Assembly (NCBI GenBank): GCA_034428595.1
Contig: DAOUHO010000110.1
Location: 112 to 64,111 of the forward strand
DNA length: 64,000 bases
Origin: Chloroflexota bacterium
Lineage (GTDB): Bacteria; Chloroflexota; UBA11872
Direction: 5' to 3'
Numbering within the stretch: the first letter of the stretch is position 1; every line of letters begins with the position of its first letter. A program made the translations under genes and the position numbers. Positions 38,870 through 49,166 of the stretch are shown here, piece by piece. The notes beneath the pieces were generated by a model, which was not told the origin of the DNA, searched no databases, and worked only from the letters and a program-made list of their open reading frames with translations.

Positions 38870-41218
38870 CTAGGGGGCGACGCCTGATTCGTCCACTTCA
38901 GTTGAAGACGCCGCATTCAAGCGCACCGGCCACAAGCTCCAGCGGCGCAGCAGGATTACTAGGCTGGGCACGAACAGCGCGCGCACCACGAACGTATCCA
39001 GCAGCACGCCCAGCATGACGGCGAATCCCAGCTGGAAGATGTCGCGCAGGGGCAGCGTGGCCAGGATCGAGAAGGTGCCCGCCAGGATCAGCCCCGCCGA
39101 GGTGATGACGCCGCCGGTGCGGGCCACGGCCAGGCGCGTGCCCTCGACCAGGCCGCGCGCGCGAATCTCCTCGCGGACCCGCGTCATGATCAGGATGTTG
39201 TAGTCGGCCCCCAGTGCGGCCAGGAAGATGAACATCCAGACGGCGTTCTGATAGCCCACGCCGGGATGTCCCATCAGGTTCTGGAAGATCACCACCGAGA
39301 TCCCCAGCGCGGAGAGAAAGCTCAGCAGCACGCTGCCGATGAGGTAGGTAGCGGCCACCAGGCTGCGCAGCAGCAGCAGCAGGATGATCCAGATCAAGAC
39401 CACCACGATCGGGCCGACAAACCGCACGTCGGTGTTGACTGAAGCCCACGCGTCGGTTTGCAGCGCGGTTGCGCCGCCGACCAGCACCTCGGCGTCGGCC
39501 AGGCTGGTGCCCTCGACCGCGCTCCGCGCCGCCGCGCGAATTTCGTCGATGCGCTCGATGGCCGGGATGTCGTAGGGATCGTCCTCCATCACGACATCCA
39601 AACGGGCGGTGGTCCCGTCGGGCGAGAGGAAGCGGCGCGCGGCCAAAAGGGCCTCCATGACCGCTTGCGTCTGCGGGTCGGCGTTCGCCGGCGGACGGGC
39701 CGTCGGTGCGCCAGACGGCGGCCCGTCCTGGAGGAATCCCGGGGGCAGGTTGGCGATGGCCGACTGGAGCACGCCGAGATCCACCGTGGGCGGCTCGCCC
39801 GTGGGCCGGGTGGGCCCGCTCACGCGCGCGACGCCTGGAATGTCGGCGACGACCTGGGCCACGCGGTCGACGTCCACCAGGCTGGCCAAGACGTTGTCGG
39901 TGCTGAGATAGACGTTGGTAGGCGCCAGATTCCCGGCGCCGAACGCGTCGTCCATGATCTGGGCGCCGATCTTGGACTCGGCGCTGTCCGGAAAGCCGTC
40001 GATGAAGCTGAAGCTCGGCTTGATGGTCGGCGCGCCGGCGGCGAAGACCACCAGCAGCACCAACGTGGCCGTGAAGGTGGCGACGGGCCGGCGGGCCACG
40101 AGATCGGCCACGCGCGACCAGATGCGGGAGTGCTCCGTGCCGGTCACCTGCATGCGCCCGGGCCAGAACGCCGCGCGTCCCAGCAGCACCGCCATGGCGG
40201 GGATCAACGTGAGCCCGCTGAGCAGCATCAGGAATATCGCCAGCGCGAGCACCGGCCCCAGCGTCTGAAACGACCCGAAGGTGGCCAGCAGGAGCGCCAG
40301 CATGGCCGCGATCGTGGTGCCCGCGCTTGATGCGATCGCCGGCCCCACTCGGCGCAGCGCCACCTGCATGGCGCGCCATCGGTCCGGTTGCTGCCGCAGC
40401 TCCTCGCGGTAGCGGGCGACGATGAAGAGCGTGAAATCGGTGCCGGCGCCGAACATGAGCACCGACATCAACGCCGTTACCTGGCTGTTGAGCACCAGCC
40501 CGGCGTTGGCGGCCAGGGTCGCGACCAGCGACTGGGCGATGACCAGGGTCAGGCCCACCCCCGCCAGCGGCAGCAGCGCCAATGCCGGCGAGCGATAGAT
40601 CAGCAGGAGCAGCACCAGCACCAGCAGCACCGTGAACAGCGTCACGCGGAAGTCGATCTCGGAGAACACCTCGACCGCGTCGGAGATGATGCCTGCGGGA
40701 CCGGTGATGGCGACGGTCAGGCCGGCGTCGGCGGTGCCGTCGCGCGCCTGGTCTCGAATCCAGCCGATGGACTCGCGGAAGCCCTCCTCCGCCGGCGATC
40801 CGCGGATCGTCACGATCGTCGTGACGGTGGTGCCGTCCGGCGCAAGCAGCGAGCTCGCCGCCGCGGGCGAGGAGGTGCTCAGCGCGAGCACGTTTTGGAT
40901 TTCGGGCGGGGCGTCGTCCGCTTGCAGCGCCTCGTCCACCCGCGCCACCGCCGCCAAATCCGAGTCGGACAGCCCTCCCGGTTGATGGAAGACGACGATC
41001 GCCGGAATTCCTTGCCCGCGCGGGAATTTCTCGCGGACCAGTTGGAGGACGCGCAGGGACTCCGAGCCATCCGGGAGGAAGTTCTCCTGCTCGTTGGTGG
41101 TGACGTCCGACAGCGGCGGCGCGGTGACGACCACGGCGGCGCCGACGACGATCCAGACGGCGATGACCACCGCCGCGCGCCGCCAGTTGGTGGCGAAGCT
41201 GGCAACTAGCCCAAACAT
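38870..41218 (-). CDS. MMPL family (RND superfamily) membrane transporter
   Basis: 782 aa; two 6-TM bundles each preceded by periplasmic domains; typical MMPL sequence features. Confidence 0.85.
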   Translation of the reverse strand: MFGLVASFATNWRRAAVVIAVWIVVGAAVVVTAPPLSDVTTNEQENFLPDGSESLRVLQLVREKFPRGQGIPAIVVFHQPGGLSDSDLAAVARVDEALQADDAPPEIQNVLALSTSSPAAASSLLAPDGTTVTTIVTIRGSPAEEGFRESIGWIRDQARDGTADAGLTVAITGPAGIISDAVEVFSEIDFRVTLFTVLLVLVLLLLIYRSPALALLPLAGVGLTLVIAQSLVATLAANAGLVLNSQVTALMSVLMFGAGTDFTLFIVARYREELRQQPDRWRAMQVALRRVGPAIASSAGTTIAAMLALLLATFGSFQTLGPVLALAIFLMLLSGLTLIPAMAVLLGRAAFWPGRMQVTGTEHSRIWSRVADLVARRPVATFTATLVLLVVFAAGAPTIKPSFSFIDGFPDSAESKIGAQIMDDAFGAGNLAPTNVYLSTDNVLASLVDVDRVAQVVADIPGVARVSGPTRPTGEPPTVDLGVLQSAIANLPPGFLQDGPPSGAPTARPPANADPQTQAVMEALLAARRFLSPDGTTARLDVVMEDDPYDIPAIERIDEIRAAARSAVEGTSLADAEVLVGGATALQTDAWASVNTDVRFVGPIVVVLIWIILLLLLRSLVAATYLIGSVLLSFLSALGISVVIFQNLMGHPGVGYQNAVWMFIFLAALGADYNILIMTRVREEIRARGLVEGTRLAVARTGGVITSAGLILAGTFSILATLPLRDIFQLGFAVMLGVLLDTFVVRALFVPSLVILLRRWSLWPVRLNAASSTEVDESGVAP

Positions 41219-41392
41219 CTAGGGCAACCCTATGTCGGCGGTATTCGTCGGATTGTGAACAAATGTACGAAGCCTGACCGATCCGGTCTTCCGCGCGACG
41301 CCGCGACATCGGAGAATCGGCCCATGAGGGACGGGTTCCACGCTCGCACGAAACTGCCGTGGCGCGCGGCGCTGCGCCAACTGCTGGCCTTC

Positions 41393-41419
41393 GTCATTCC
41401 GGCGAAAGCCGGAATCCAG
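41393..41419. repeat. REP-like hairpin repeat copy (gtcattccggcgaaagccggaatccag)
   Basis: between MMPL start and Ldh_2 end. Confidence 0.7.
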
Positions 41420-41639
41420 TCCGCGTTTCGCCGACTCCTGAAGCTCCTCGTTGACCCCATTGGACCCCGAGGCGTCGGTCCCATTCCTTCCGGCCCCAGG
41501 CCCCACGTCCCGGTGCGGGGCGCCTGGGAGTCCGCCTGCGGTTGGGAGGCGCGCTGGAACGTGTGGCTGGCCAGCCCCTCCAGCCCTATGTGGCGCGGCG
41601 ACGGAGAGCAGCCCCACCGCCGCTAATCCTGGCGAAACG

Positions 41640-42686
41640 TCAAGCGATAGCCAGCCCGAGCGACGCGGCGCTGTCCACCAGGTCCTGCCACACGTCGTCG
41701 TGCAACGGAATTCCCTCGCGCTCGCGCTCCAGGCGGGTGCGGGCTTCGAGGTCGCCGGGCGCCAGCACTTCACTGAACCCGGGCGCCGGATCCGCCGCGT
41801 GAACCTGGTCGACCAGCCGCCTCGCGCCGCTCAGATACGTGTCCATCTCGCGGAAGAGATCGGCCTGCGCGACCAGCATCGTCACGCCCTGGTGGCGCAT
41901 GATGTCGCCCCCGCGTGTCTCCTCGGCAAAGTCATCCGATCCGGAGAAGATGCGTCCCAGGAACTCGGCGGCCATCATCAGCGCGTAGCCCTTGTGCGCC
42001 CCGAAGGGAATATGGGCGCCGCCGTTGAAGAACGCCTGCGGATCGGTCGTTGGATTGCCCTCGGCGTCGACGATGGAGCCCGGCGGCAGCGTCTCGCCGC
42101 GCTGCTGGGCGTTGACCACCTTCACCCCCGAGAGCGCCGTGGTCGCGAAGTCGAACATCATCGGCGGCGCGCCGGCGACGGGAAAGCCCATGGCGATCGG
42201 GTTGGTGTGCAGCACGCGCGTGCGGCTGCCGTAAGGCACCGTCTGCGGGTCGACGGCGCCGAAGCCGCCGGCGCAGACCAGCGAGACCAGGCCCTCCGCC
42301 GCGGCCATCTCCACGTAGTGCCCCAGCCGTCCGATGTGGTGCGATTGGACCAGCGAAATGATCGCCAGTCCGGAAGCGGCCGCCTTGCGGATGCCGAGCT
42401 CGGCTCCGTACTTCGCCGCCACCTGCCCGAACGTCCAGTTGCCCGTGACCAGCGCCCCGGCGTCGAGGTCTTTGATGGCTTCCGGCCGCGCGCGTGGCAG
42501 CAGTTGATCGGCCTTGATCGCGTCGACGTACCCCGAAAGCTGGGTGACCCCGTGCGTCACGACGCCGCTCATGTCGGCAATGACCAGGTGATTCGCCACG
42601 TCCACTGCGTTCTCGTTTGATGCGCCGGCGGCGCCCAGGATCTCGAGCACGATCCGCCGCAGTTCCCCCGCCTGTTTCGTGACCAT
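41640..42686 (-). CDS. Ldh_2 family oxidoreductase (malate/L-lactate/L-sulfolactate dehydrogenase type 2)
   Basis: 348 aa; family-typical ...HHIGRLGHY... and HKGYALM segments. Confidence 0.85.
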   Translation of the reverse strand: MVTKQAGELRRIVLEILGAAGASNENAVDVANHLVIADMSGVVTHGVTQLSGYVDAIKADQLLPRARPEAIKDLDAGALVTGNWTFGQVAAKYGAELGIRKAAASGLAIISLVQSHHIGRLGHYVEMAAAEGLVSLVCAGGFGAVDPQTVPYGSRTRVLHTNPIAMGFPVAGAPPMMFDFATTALSGVKVVNAQQRGETLPPGSIVDAEGNPTTDPQAFFNGGAHIPFGAHKGYALMMAAEFLGRIFSGSDDFAEETRGGDIMRHQGVTMLVAQADLFREMDTYLSGARRLVDQVHAADPAPGFSEVLAPGDLEARTRLEREREGIPLHDDVWQDLVDSAASLGLAIA

Positions 42687-42785
42687 GGCTTCGTCCTCCG
42701 CTCCCGCGCTCGCTACGACCGCCTGCTACCGATGGTGCGCGATGCAATGCCCGGCCGCCACCGGGTAGTCGGTCATTGTGGGGCC

Positions 42786-42810
42786 GTCATTCCCGCGGAG
42801 GCGGGAATCC
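42786..42810. repeat. REP-like hairpin repeat copy (gtcattcccgcggaggcgggaatcc)
   Basis: between Ldh_2 start and SBP end. Confidence 0.7.
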
Positions 42811-42969
42811 ACGCTCCACCTCACCAGGGGACGCACGGGATTCTCGCAGGCATCCTTCGCCTGACTAGGTCTTTCGAAAGTCTCCGGCGTGGATGCGCCA
42901 GGCCGACACTTCAGCAATTGGCGCGACGAGGCCTCGATATGACGACCTTCGTGAATTTCGCGGCCGCGG

Positions 42970-44196
42970 CTAATTCTCGAAGGGCACCACGTCGACCTCC
43001 TCGATCCGCTCGTCCGTCGTGTAGCGCCACACGCCGATGTAGCCGCGGCGCAGGTCGCCGTTGTGGTCCCAATCCAGCGTCGCGGCGGCGCCGTCATAGT
43101 CGATCTCGCCGCCGGCGCCGAGGATCTCGAGCGCCCGCGCAATGCCTTCCGGCCCCGCGTACACGACGTCGCCCGGTCCACCACCCACCGCGCGCAGCTG
43201 GTCGCGGATCGCGGCGCCGTCAGTTCTTCCGGCAGCCTCCGCGGCCAGCGCCAGCGCGATGGTGGCGTCGTAGGCCTCCCGCGCATACGAGCCCTCCGGC
43301 GGCTCGCCGTAGGCGTCCACGTAGGCCGCCTCCCACCGAGCAGCTGACTCGCTGGCCGGCGGGGCAGCCGGCCCGGTGCCATACATGCCGCCCAGCGCGG
43401 CCCCTCCAATCGCCTGGACCAAGGCCGGGCTCTTGACGCCGTCGCTGAAGACGAACTGGTCGAAGATCCCGTGGTCGAGCGCCTCGCGCAGAATGACTTC
43501 AGTCTCCGTCGAGAGGACGATCAGGATCAGGGCCTGGGCGCCGGCGGCGGCGGACTGCCGCAGGGCGTCGGCGAATTCGGTTTGCCCCGGCTCGACGGCT
43601 ACGGCGGTGATGGCGCCCTCCCAGGCATCTTCAAAGGACTGGATCAATCCCTGGCCCCAGGCGTCATTGCGGTAGATCGCGCCCACGTTGTCGAAGCCCC
43701 GCTCCCGCGCGACTCGCGCCAGAACCGGTCCTTGCGCCACGTCGGAGAGGGCGGTCCGGAAGAAGAAGTCGCTGTCTGAAGCGTCGGTCAACCGCGGCGA
43801 GGTGGCCGCGGGGCTGACGACGGGAATCCGGGCCGGGCCGGCCACGCGCTCGACCACGGCCAGCGAGTTGGCGCTGGTGCTGGGACCGACGAGCGCGTGC
43901 ACGCCTTCATCCTCGATCAGGCGGCGCGCTTCCTTGACCGCTGTCTCCGGGTCGAGCGCGGTGTCGCCGACCGCTGTTTCGACCGGACGGCCAAACACGC
44001 CGCCGGCTTGGTTGAGGTGCGTCACCGCCAACTCGAAGGCCCGCTGCCGATCCTGGGCGTTCTGCGGCGACCCGGCGCTGATGTATGTCAGCAGCCCAAG
44101 CTTCAGCGGCTCTGTGGGCGCCTCGCCGCAGGCGGCCAGGGAGACCGAGAGCAGGCCCGCCGCCAATACCCAGGCAGCGCACAATTTGATTGACAT
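42970..44196 (-). CDS. ABC transporter substrate-binding lipoprotein, Leu/Ile/Val-binding (Peripla_BP_6) family
   Basis: 408 aa from ATG 44196; lipobox LAAC; type-I periplasmic binding fold features. Confidence 0.8.
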   Translation of the reverse strand: MSIKLCAAWVLAAGLLSVSLAACGEAPTEPLKLGLLTYISAGSPQNAQDRQRAFELAVTHLNQAGGVFGRPVETAVGDTALDPETAVKEARRLIEDEGVHALVGPSTSANSLAVVERVAGPARIPVVSPAATSPRLTDASDSDFFFRTALSDVAQGPVLARVARERGFDNVGAIYRNDAWGQGLIQSFEDAWEGAITAVAVEPGQTEFADALRQSAAAGAQALILIVLSTETEVILREALDHGIFDQFVFSDGVKSPALVQAIGGAALGGMYGTGPAAPPASESAARWEAAYVDAYGEPPEGSYAREAYDATIALALAAEAAGRTDGAAIRDQLRAVGGGPGDVVYAGPEGIARALEILGAGGEIDYDGAAATLDWDHNGDLRRGYIGVWRYTTDERIEEVDVVPFEN

Positions 44197-44280
44197 AACG
44201 CCTCTGTTCTCAGTGGCCGGGCGCCGGTGATGTGCCGCGGCGCTCACTCCCCGGACGCACAGCCGCAAGGCGTCGCTCCA

Positions 44281-45117
44281 TCACTCGAGCCCCAGCAGCT
44301 CCAGCGAGTTGCGATGGATGATCCCTTCGAGCACCTCGTCGGGGATCCGCGGCAAGTTCGTGCCCTCGACCTGGTGATTTAAGCGGCGCATGTCGTCCAT
44401 GCCCTCCTGTGGCGTCCACAGCGGGAAGTCGGAACCGAACAGCAGCTTGTCGGCCACGCCCCACTCGACCATCAGCACCAGGGCCTCCCAGGCCTGATAG
44501 GGCCGCACCCAGCCCCCGCCCGAGACGTCGGCGTAGACGTTGGCGTGCTTGCGAATGACCACCGCGCAGTCACGCTGCCAGGGATGCGCCATGTGCGCGA
44601 TCACGAACTTCAGGTCGGGGAACGCCTGCGCCACCTCGTCGATCAGCAGGGGATGGCTGTACTTCAGAATCGCCCGCGGATTCGGCTGCGTCCCCATGTG
44701 CGACAGGATCGGCAGTCCCATTCGCTGGGCCTTCTCGTAGAGGGCGAAGTAGACCGGATCGGCGGGATTGAAGTGCGCCAGCATGGGATAAATCTTGATT
44801 CCGCGCAGGCCGAGGTCGACGCCGCGATCGATCTCGTCGAGATAGCCGTCCTCGGTGGGGTCGATGCCCATGAACCCGATGAGCTTGTCCGGGTCCCTGG
44901 CCACCCAGTCGGCGGTGAAGTCGTTGGGACTCAGCATGCCGCAGGCCAGGGCCCGCACCCCGAACACGATGGCCCTATCCACCGCGCGCATGGCCTCGGC
45001 ATAGGTCTCGAACGGCAGCGGCTGCATGGGCGCATACCCCGCCCGCACGTCCGCCCGGCGCGAGGCCGCGCTCACGTGATCCGGCTGCAGGCAGTGCGTG
45101 TGGACGTCGACGATCAT
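44281..45117 (-). CDS. amidohydrolase-2 family hydrolase (sugar-lactonase/LigI-like), paralog A
   Basis: 278 aa; IVDVHTHC ... HMAHPW ... GSDFP metal-ligand pattern; ~85% aa identity to ORF 46445..47287. Confidence 0.85.
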   Translation of the reverse strand: MIVDVHTHCLQPDHVSAASRRADVRAGYAPMQPLPFETYAEAMRAVDRAIVFGVRALACGMLSPNDFTADWVARDPDKLIGFMGIDPTEDGYLDEIDRGVDLGLRGIKIYPMLAHFNPADPVYFALYEKAQRMGLPILSHMGTQPNPRAILKYSHPLLIDEVAQAFPDLKFVIAHMAHPWQRDCAVVIRKHANVYADVSGGGWVRPYQAWEALVLMVEWGVADKLLFGSDFPLWTPQEGMDDMRRLNHQVEGTNLPRIPDEVLEGIIHRNSLELLGLE

Positions 45118-45176
45118 TGAGATTCCTTCCGTGCTTGCGCGTTCAAACCCTTACGCAGCGTCAGCCGGAAATACCC

Positions 45177-46376
45177 TCACCGCAGCTGATCGAGCCCCTT
45201 GAACGACGGCACGTTCAGCCGGAGCGTGGGTCGGTGGAGGTCGTAGAGGTCCATCGGTTGGTAGGGGTGGTCCTTGGCGGCCTCTTCGTTGAACTCCACG
45301 CCCAGGCCCGGCCGATCCGGAATTTCCAGCCACCCGTCCTCGACCTTCAGCGGGTTCTTGCACACCTCGAACCGCCAAGGCTCCGGCGGGAAATGCTCCA
45401 GCGTCAGGAAGTTGGGAACGCAGGCCGCCATCTGCACCGCCGAGGCGTAGGACACCTCGCCGTTGGGGTTGTGCGGGGCGAACGCGGCGTAGTGCGAGTC
45501 CGCGATGGCCGCGATCTTGCGCGCCTCCAGCATCCCGCCGCAGTGGGCCATGTCCGGCTGCACGATGTCGGCGCCCCCGTGCGCCAGCAGCTGCTGAAAG
45601 CTGAAGATCGTGAACAGGCGCTCGCCCGTGGCGATCGGAATGTTGAGCTTGCTGCGGACGTAGGCCATGGCGTCCAGGTCTTCGTGGGGGATGGGCTCCT
45701 CGAAGAAGCTGATGTTGTACTCCTCCACCGCCTTGCCCGCGCGCACGGCGTTGCCCACGGTGTTGAAGATGCCGTTGCAGTCGATGTAGAGGTCGATGTC
45801 GGGACCCACCGCCTCGCGCACCGCGCCCACGGCGTCGACGCCGGTGTTGAGGATGTTGTTGTCCATGCGATAGAAGTCGATGCCCTCGCGCCCGCCCCAC
45901 GGGTTGAACTTCATCCCCTGCACGCCCAGCTTCAGCGCGGCCTTGGCGGCCTCGGCCATGTCCTCCGGGCTCATGCCCTGCCGGTACCAGGCGTTGGCGT
46001 AGAGCTTCACCCGGTCCCGCACCTTGCCGCCGAGCAGCTCGTAGACGGGCACGCCGAGCGCCTTGCCCTTGATGTCCCACATGGCCGTCTCGACGCCGCT
46101 GATCGCGCTCGTCAGCACCGCCCCACCCCCGTAAAACGCCCGCCGGTACAGCTCCTGGAAGTGCTTCTCGATCTCGAATGGGTCCTTGCCCATGAGATAG
46201 CGCTTCAGCTCGTGCACGGCGGTCTCGGCCGTCGCCGACCGGCCTTCGAGGGTGGCCTCCCCGATGCCGTGCAGACCGTCCACGTCGGTCTCGATCTTGA
46301 CGATCAACCAGTTCCGCCACGACCCGCCGACGAGAAAGGTCTTGATGTCAGTGATTTTTCTTGGTCGCATGGGCAT
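45177..46376 (-). CDS. enolase-superfamily dehydratase/cycloisomerase (mandelate racemase/muconate lactonizing family)
   Basis: 399 aa; KxK and metal-ligand D/E/D pattern (DLYIDCNG ... FFEEP ... IVQPD); paralog of 2047..3189. Confidence 0.85.
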   Translation of the reverse strand: MPMRPRKITDIKTFLVGGSWRNWLIVKIETDVDGLHGIGEATLEGRSATAETAVHELKRYLMGKDPFEIEKHFQELYRRAFYGGGAVLTSAISGVETAMWDIKGKALGVPVYELLGGKVRDRVKLYANAWYRQGMSPEDMAEAAKAALKLGVQGMKFNPWGGREGIDFYRMDNNILNTGVDAVGAVREAVGPDIDLYIDCNGIFNTVGNAVRAGKAVEEYNISFFEEPIPHEDLDAMAYVRSKLNIPIATGERLFTIFSFQQLLAHGGADIVQPDMAHCGGMLEARKIAAIADSHYAAFAPHNPNGEVSYASAVQMAACVPNFLTLEHFPPEPWRFEVCKNPLKVEDGWLEIPDRPGLGVEFNEEAAKDHPYQPMDLYDLHRPTLRLNVPSFKGLDQLR

Positions 46377-46444
46377 GCAGCTCCTTGGCGAGAGTCGCCG
46401 GATTTGAGGTGGTGGTTCGGGCGCGGCTTAGACGTGTCCGCCGA

Positions 46445-47287
46445 TCAGTCGAGCCCCAGGAGTTCCAGGGTATTGCGGTGGATGATTCCCTCGATCACGT
46501 CGTCCGGGATGCGCGGCAGGTTCGTTCCCTCCACCTGCTCGTTGAGGCGGCGCATCTTCCCCATGCCCTCCTCGGGCGTCCAGAACGGGAAGTCCGAACC
46601 GAAGAGCAGCTTGTCGGCCACGCCCCACTCGACCATCAGCACCAGGGCTTCCCAGGCCGAGTAGGGGCGTACCCAGCCCGCGCCCGAGACGTCGGCGTAG
46701 ACGTTGGCGTGCTTGCGGATGACGACCGCGCAATCGCGCTGCCACGGATGCGCCATGTGCGCGATGACGATCCTGAGGTCCGGGAATGCCTGCGCGACCT
46801 CGTCGAACAGCAGCGGATGACTGTATTTGAGGATGGCCCGCGGATTGGGCTGTGTGCCCATGTGCGACAGGATCGGCAGACCCAGGCGCTGGGCCTTCTC
46901 GTAAAGGGCGTAGTACACCGGGTCTGCCGGGTTGAAGTGCGACAGCGTCGGATAGATCTTGATCCCGCGCAGGCCGAGGTCGACGCTGCGGTCGATCTCG
47001 TCGAGGTAGCCGTCCTCGGTCGGGTCGATGCCCATGAATCCGATGATCCTGTCGGGGTCCCTCGCCGCCCACTCGGCGGTGAAGTCGTTGGGACTGAGGG
47101 CGCCGGCCGCCCGGGCGCGCACCCCAAAGACAATGGATTTGTCCACGACGCGCATGGCCTCGGCGTAGTCTTCGAATAGCAGCGGCTGCATCGGCGGATA
47201 CCCGGCCCGCTCGTCGGCGCGGCGCGAGGCCTCGCTCACGTGATCCGGCTGCAGGCAGTGCGTGTGAATGTCGATGATCACGGGCAA
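46445..47287 (-). CDS. amidohydrolase-2 family hydrolase (sugar-lactonase/LigI-like), paralog B
   Basis: 280 aa; same motifs as paralog A; nucleotide identity ~80% over the whole gene. Confidence 0.85.
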   Translation of the reverse strand: MPVIIDIHTHCLQPDHVSEASRRADERAGYPPMQPLLFEDYAEAMRVVDKSIVFGVRARAAGALSPNDFTAEWAARDPDRIIGFMGIDPTEDGYLDEIDRSVDLGLRGIKIYPTLSHFNPADPVYYALYEKAQRLGLPILSHMGTQPNPRAILKYSHPLLFDEVAQAFPDLRIVIAHMAHPWQRDCAVVIRKHANVYADVSGAGWVRPYSAWEALVLMVEWGVADKLLFGSDFPFWTPEEGMGKMRRLNEQVEGTNLPRIPDDVIEGIIHRNTLELLGLD

Positions 47288-47333
47288 ACCCTCCGTGCGT
47301 GTGTGTGCGGATTTTCGGAAAACGTCAGTAGTC

Positions 47334-48188
47334 TCATCCCTTCACCGCGCCGGCGGTGATTCCCCGCACGAGCCCCCGCTGCAAGATCAGCACGATGATG
47401 AAGATCGGCACCGCCGACAGCGTCGAGGCCGACATCGCCACCGCCCAGTCGGTCGCCGTCTGCTCCGCCGTGAACGTCGTGCTCACGCCGATCGGCAGCG
47501 TCTTGACGTCCGAGGTGGTGGTGAAAACCAGGGCGAAGAGGAACTCGTTCCAGGCCAGGATGAATGCAAACAGCGCAGTTGCCACGATGCCGGGAACCGA
47601 GAGCGGCAGAATCACGCGAAAGAGCGCTCCCAGGCGGCTCGCGCCGTCCACCATGGCCGCTTCCTCCAGGTCGCGCGGCAGCGACTGAAAGTAGCTGCGC
47701 AGCAGCCACAGACAGAACGGCACCGAAAACGTCGTATAGGTGATGATCAGCGCGATCAGATTGTTGGCGAGATTCAGCGTCACGACGATTTTGAAGAGCG
47801 GAATCAGCAGCAGCACCGACGGCACCGTATAGGTCAGCAGCGCGAACCGGCCGATGGACTCGCTGCCGGGGAAGCGCAGCCTGGCGAGGCTATAGGCGCC
47901 GAGCGTCGCGACCACGATGGATACGACCGTGGTCCCCGTCGCGACCATCAGGCTGTTGAGCGCGAAACGCAGGAAGACCGGGTCGAACGCCACCACGGCC
48001 ATGTGGTCCCCGACGAATGCGCGGGGGAGCAGGATTTCCCCAAGGTCTCGCCGAAGAAAGGTCTCCACGGGGCTGATCGCCCCCACGACCATGAAGTAGA
48101 TCGGGAACACGGCGAGAAACGAAAGCACCAGGCCGAGCAAGGCGCGCGGACGATGGTTCGCCGTCAGGATTTTGGCGACGCGCTTCAC
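47334..48188 (-). CDS. carbohydrate ABC transporter permease (MalG-like)
   Basis: 284 aa, 6 TM; EAA loop (LEEAAMVDGASRLGALFRVILP). Confidence 0.9.
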   Translation of the reverse strand: MKRVAKILTANHRPRALLGLVLSFLAVFPIYFMVVGAISPVETFLRRDLGEILLPRAFVGDHMAVVAFDPVFLRFALNSLMVATGTTVVSIVVATLGAYSLARLRFPGSESIGRFALLTYTVPSVLLLIPLFKIVVTLNLANNLIALIITYTTFSVPFCLWLLRSYFQSLPRDLEEAAMVDGASRLGALFRVILPLSVPGIVATALFAFILAWNEFLFALVFTTTSDVKTLPIGVSTTFTAEQTATDWAVAMSASTLSAVPIFIIVLILQRGLVRGITAGAVKG

Positions 48189-49099
48189 CGTTGCGTCTCT
48201 TCCTCGACCCAGCCGACGCGCAGCATGATCAATGACAGCAGCACCACCAGCACCACCATCACGGCGGCAATGGCGGAGCTCATGCCGACGTTGTACTCCC
48301 GGAAGCCTGCGGTGAATACCTGCATCGGCAGCGTCAGGGTCGCCCGCGCCGGTCCCCCGCCGGTGAGCAGGTACACCATGTCAAAGGAGTTGAAGGTCCA
48401 GATGGTGCGCAGCACCAGCACGATGACCAGGACGTAGCGCAGCGCCGGCACCGTGATGTTCCAGAACATCTGCCACGCCGACGCCCCGTCGACCTTCGCG
48501 GCCTCGTACCAGTCCTCGGGGATCGTCTGCAGGCCCGCCAGCAGTACCAGGAAGGTCCACGGGAGACCCTTCCAAGTGTAGACGGCGATCAGGGAGATCA
48601 TCGCCGTGACGCCTTCGGACAGCCAGGCGATTGGCTCGTCGATGATGTGCAGCAGCTGCAGGAACGCGTTGATGGGCCCGAATTGCGGATGGAGCAGCCA
48701 GACCCACACGAAGGCCGTCACGAACGACGGAATCACCCACGGCAGGATGTTGAGCGTGCGGAAGAGCCCGCGGCCGCGATAGCTGGCGTTCACGGCGAGG
48801 GCGATGATCATGCCGATGATCACCTCGCCGGCCACGGCGCCGGCCGTTAGCACCACACTGTTGACGACGACCTTCCAGAAGGCGCCATCGGACACCAACC
48901 GCACGAAATTGTCGAGCCCCACAAACTCGGCGGGATCGTTGGGCCGCAGCAGGCTCTCTTTGAAGAACGCCAGCCACATCGTCGAGATCATGGGGTAGAG
49001 CACGACGGCGGCAATGAGCGCGACGGTAGGCAACAGCAGCCCTATACCCAGCAGCCGCTCGGAATTGCGCAGGCTGAGGCCTCGAATACCCCACCTCAC
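48185..49099 (-). CDS. carbohydrate ABC transporter permease (MalF-like)
   Basis: 304 aa, 6 TM; EAA loop (YEAAKVDGASAWQMFWNITVP); 4-nt overlap with downstream permease gene. Confidence 0.9.
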   Translation of the reverse strand: MRWGIRGLSLRNSERLLGIGLLLPTVALIAAVVLYPMISTMWLAFFKESLLRPNDPAEFVGLDNFVRLVSDGAFWKVVVNSVVLTAGAVAGEVIIGMIIALAVNASYRGRGLFRTLNILPWVIPSFVTAFVWVWLLHPQFGPINAFLQLLHIIDEPIAWLSEGVTAMISLIAVYTWKGLPWTFLVLLAGLQTIPEDWYEAAKVDGASAWQMFWNITVPALRYVLVIVLVLRTIWTFNSFDMVYLLTGGGPARATLTLPMQVFTAGFREYNVGMSSAIAAVMVVLVVLLSLIMLRVGWVEEETQR

Positions 49100-49166
49100 C
49101 GTTGTATGCAGGGGGCGGGCCCGCAGCTAGCGCTGACGGCCCGCCCCCGAAACTGCACTTGATCGA

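Noticed and set aside
38898-41309. 803-aa ORF in an alternative frame of the MMPL gene
   Set aside because: Same strand but a different frame from the MMPL coding sequence, which has clear TM architecture; its translation is Arg/Gly/Pro junk.
41255-41626. 123-aa ORF in the MMPL/Ldh_2 intergenic region
   Set aside because: Spans a REP-like repeat copy; composition is Arg/Pro-rich and there is no RBS; likely non-coding.
45117-46664. 515-aa plus-strand ORF
   Set aside because: Antisense to the enolase and amidohydrolase genes; shadow ORF.
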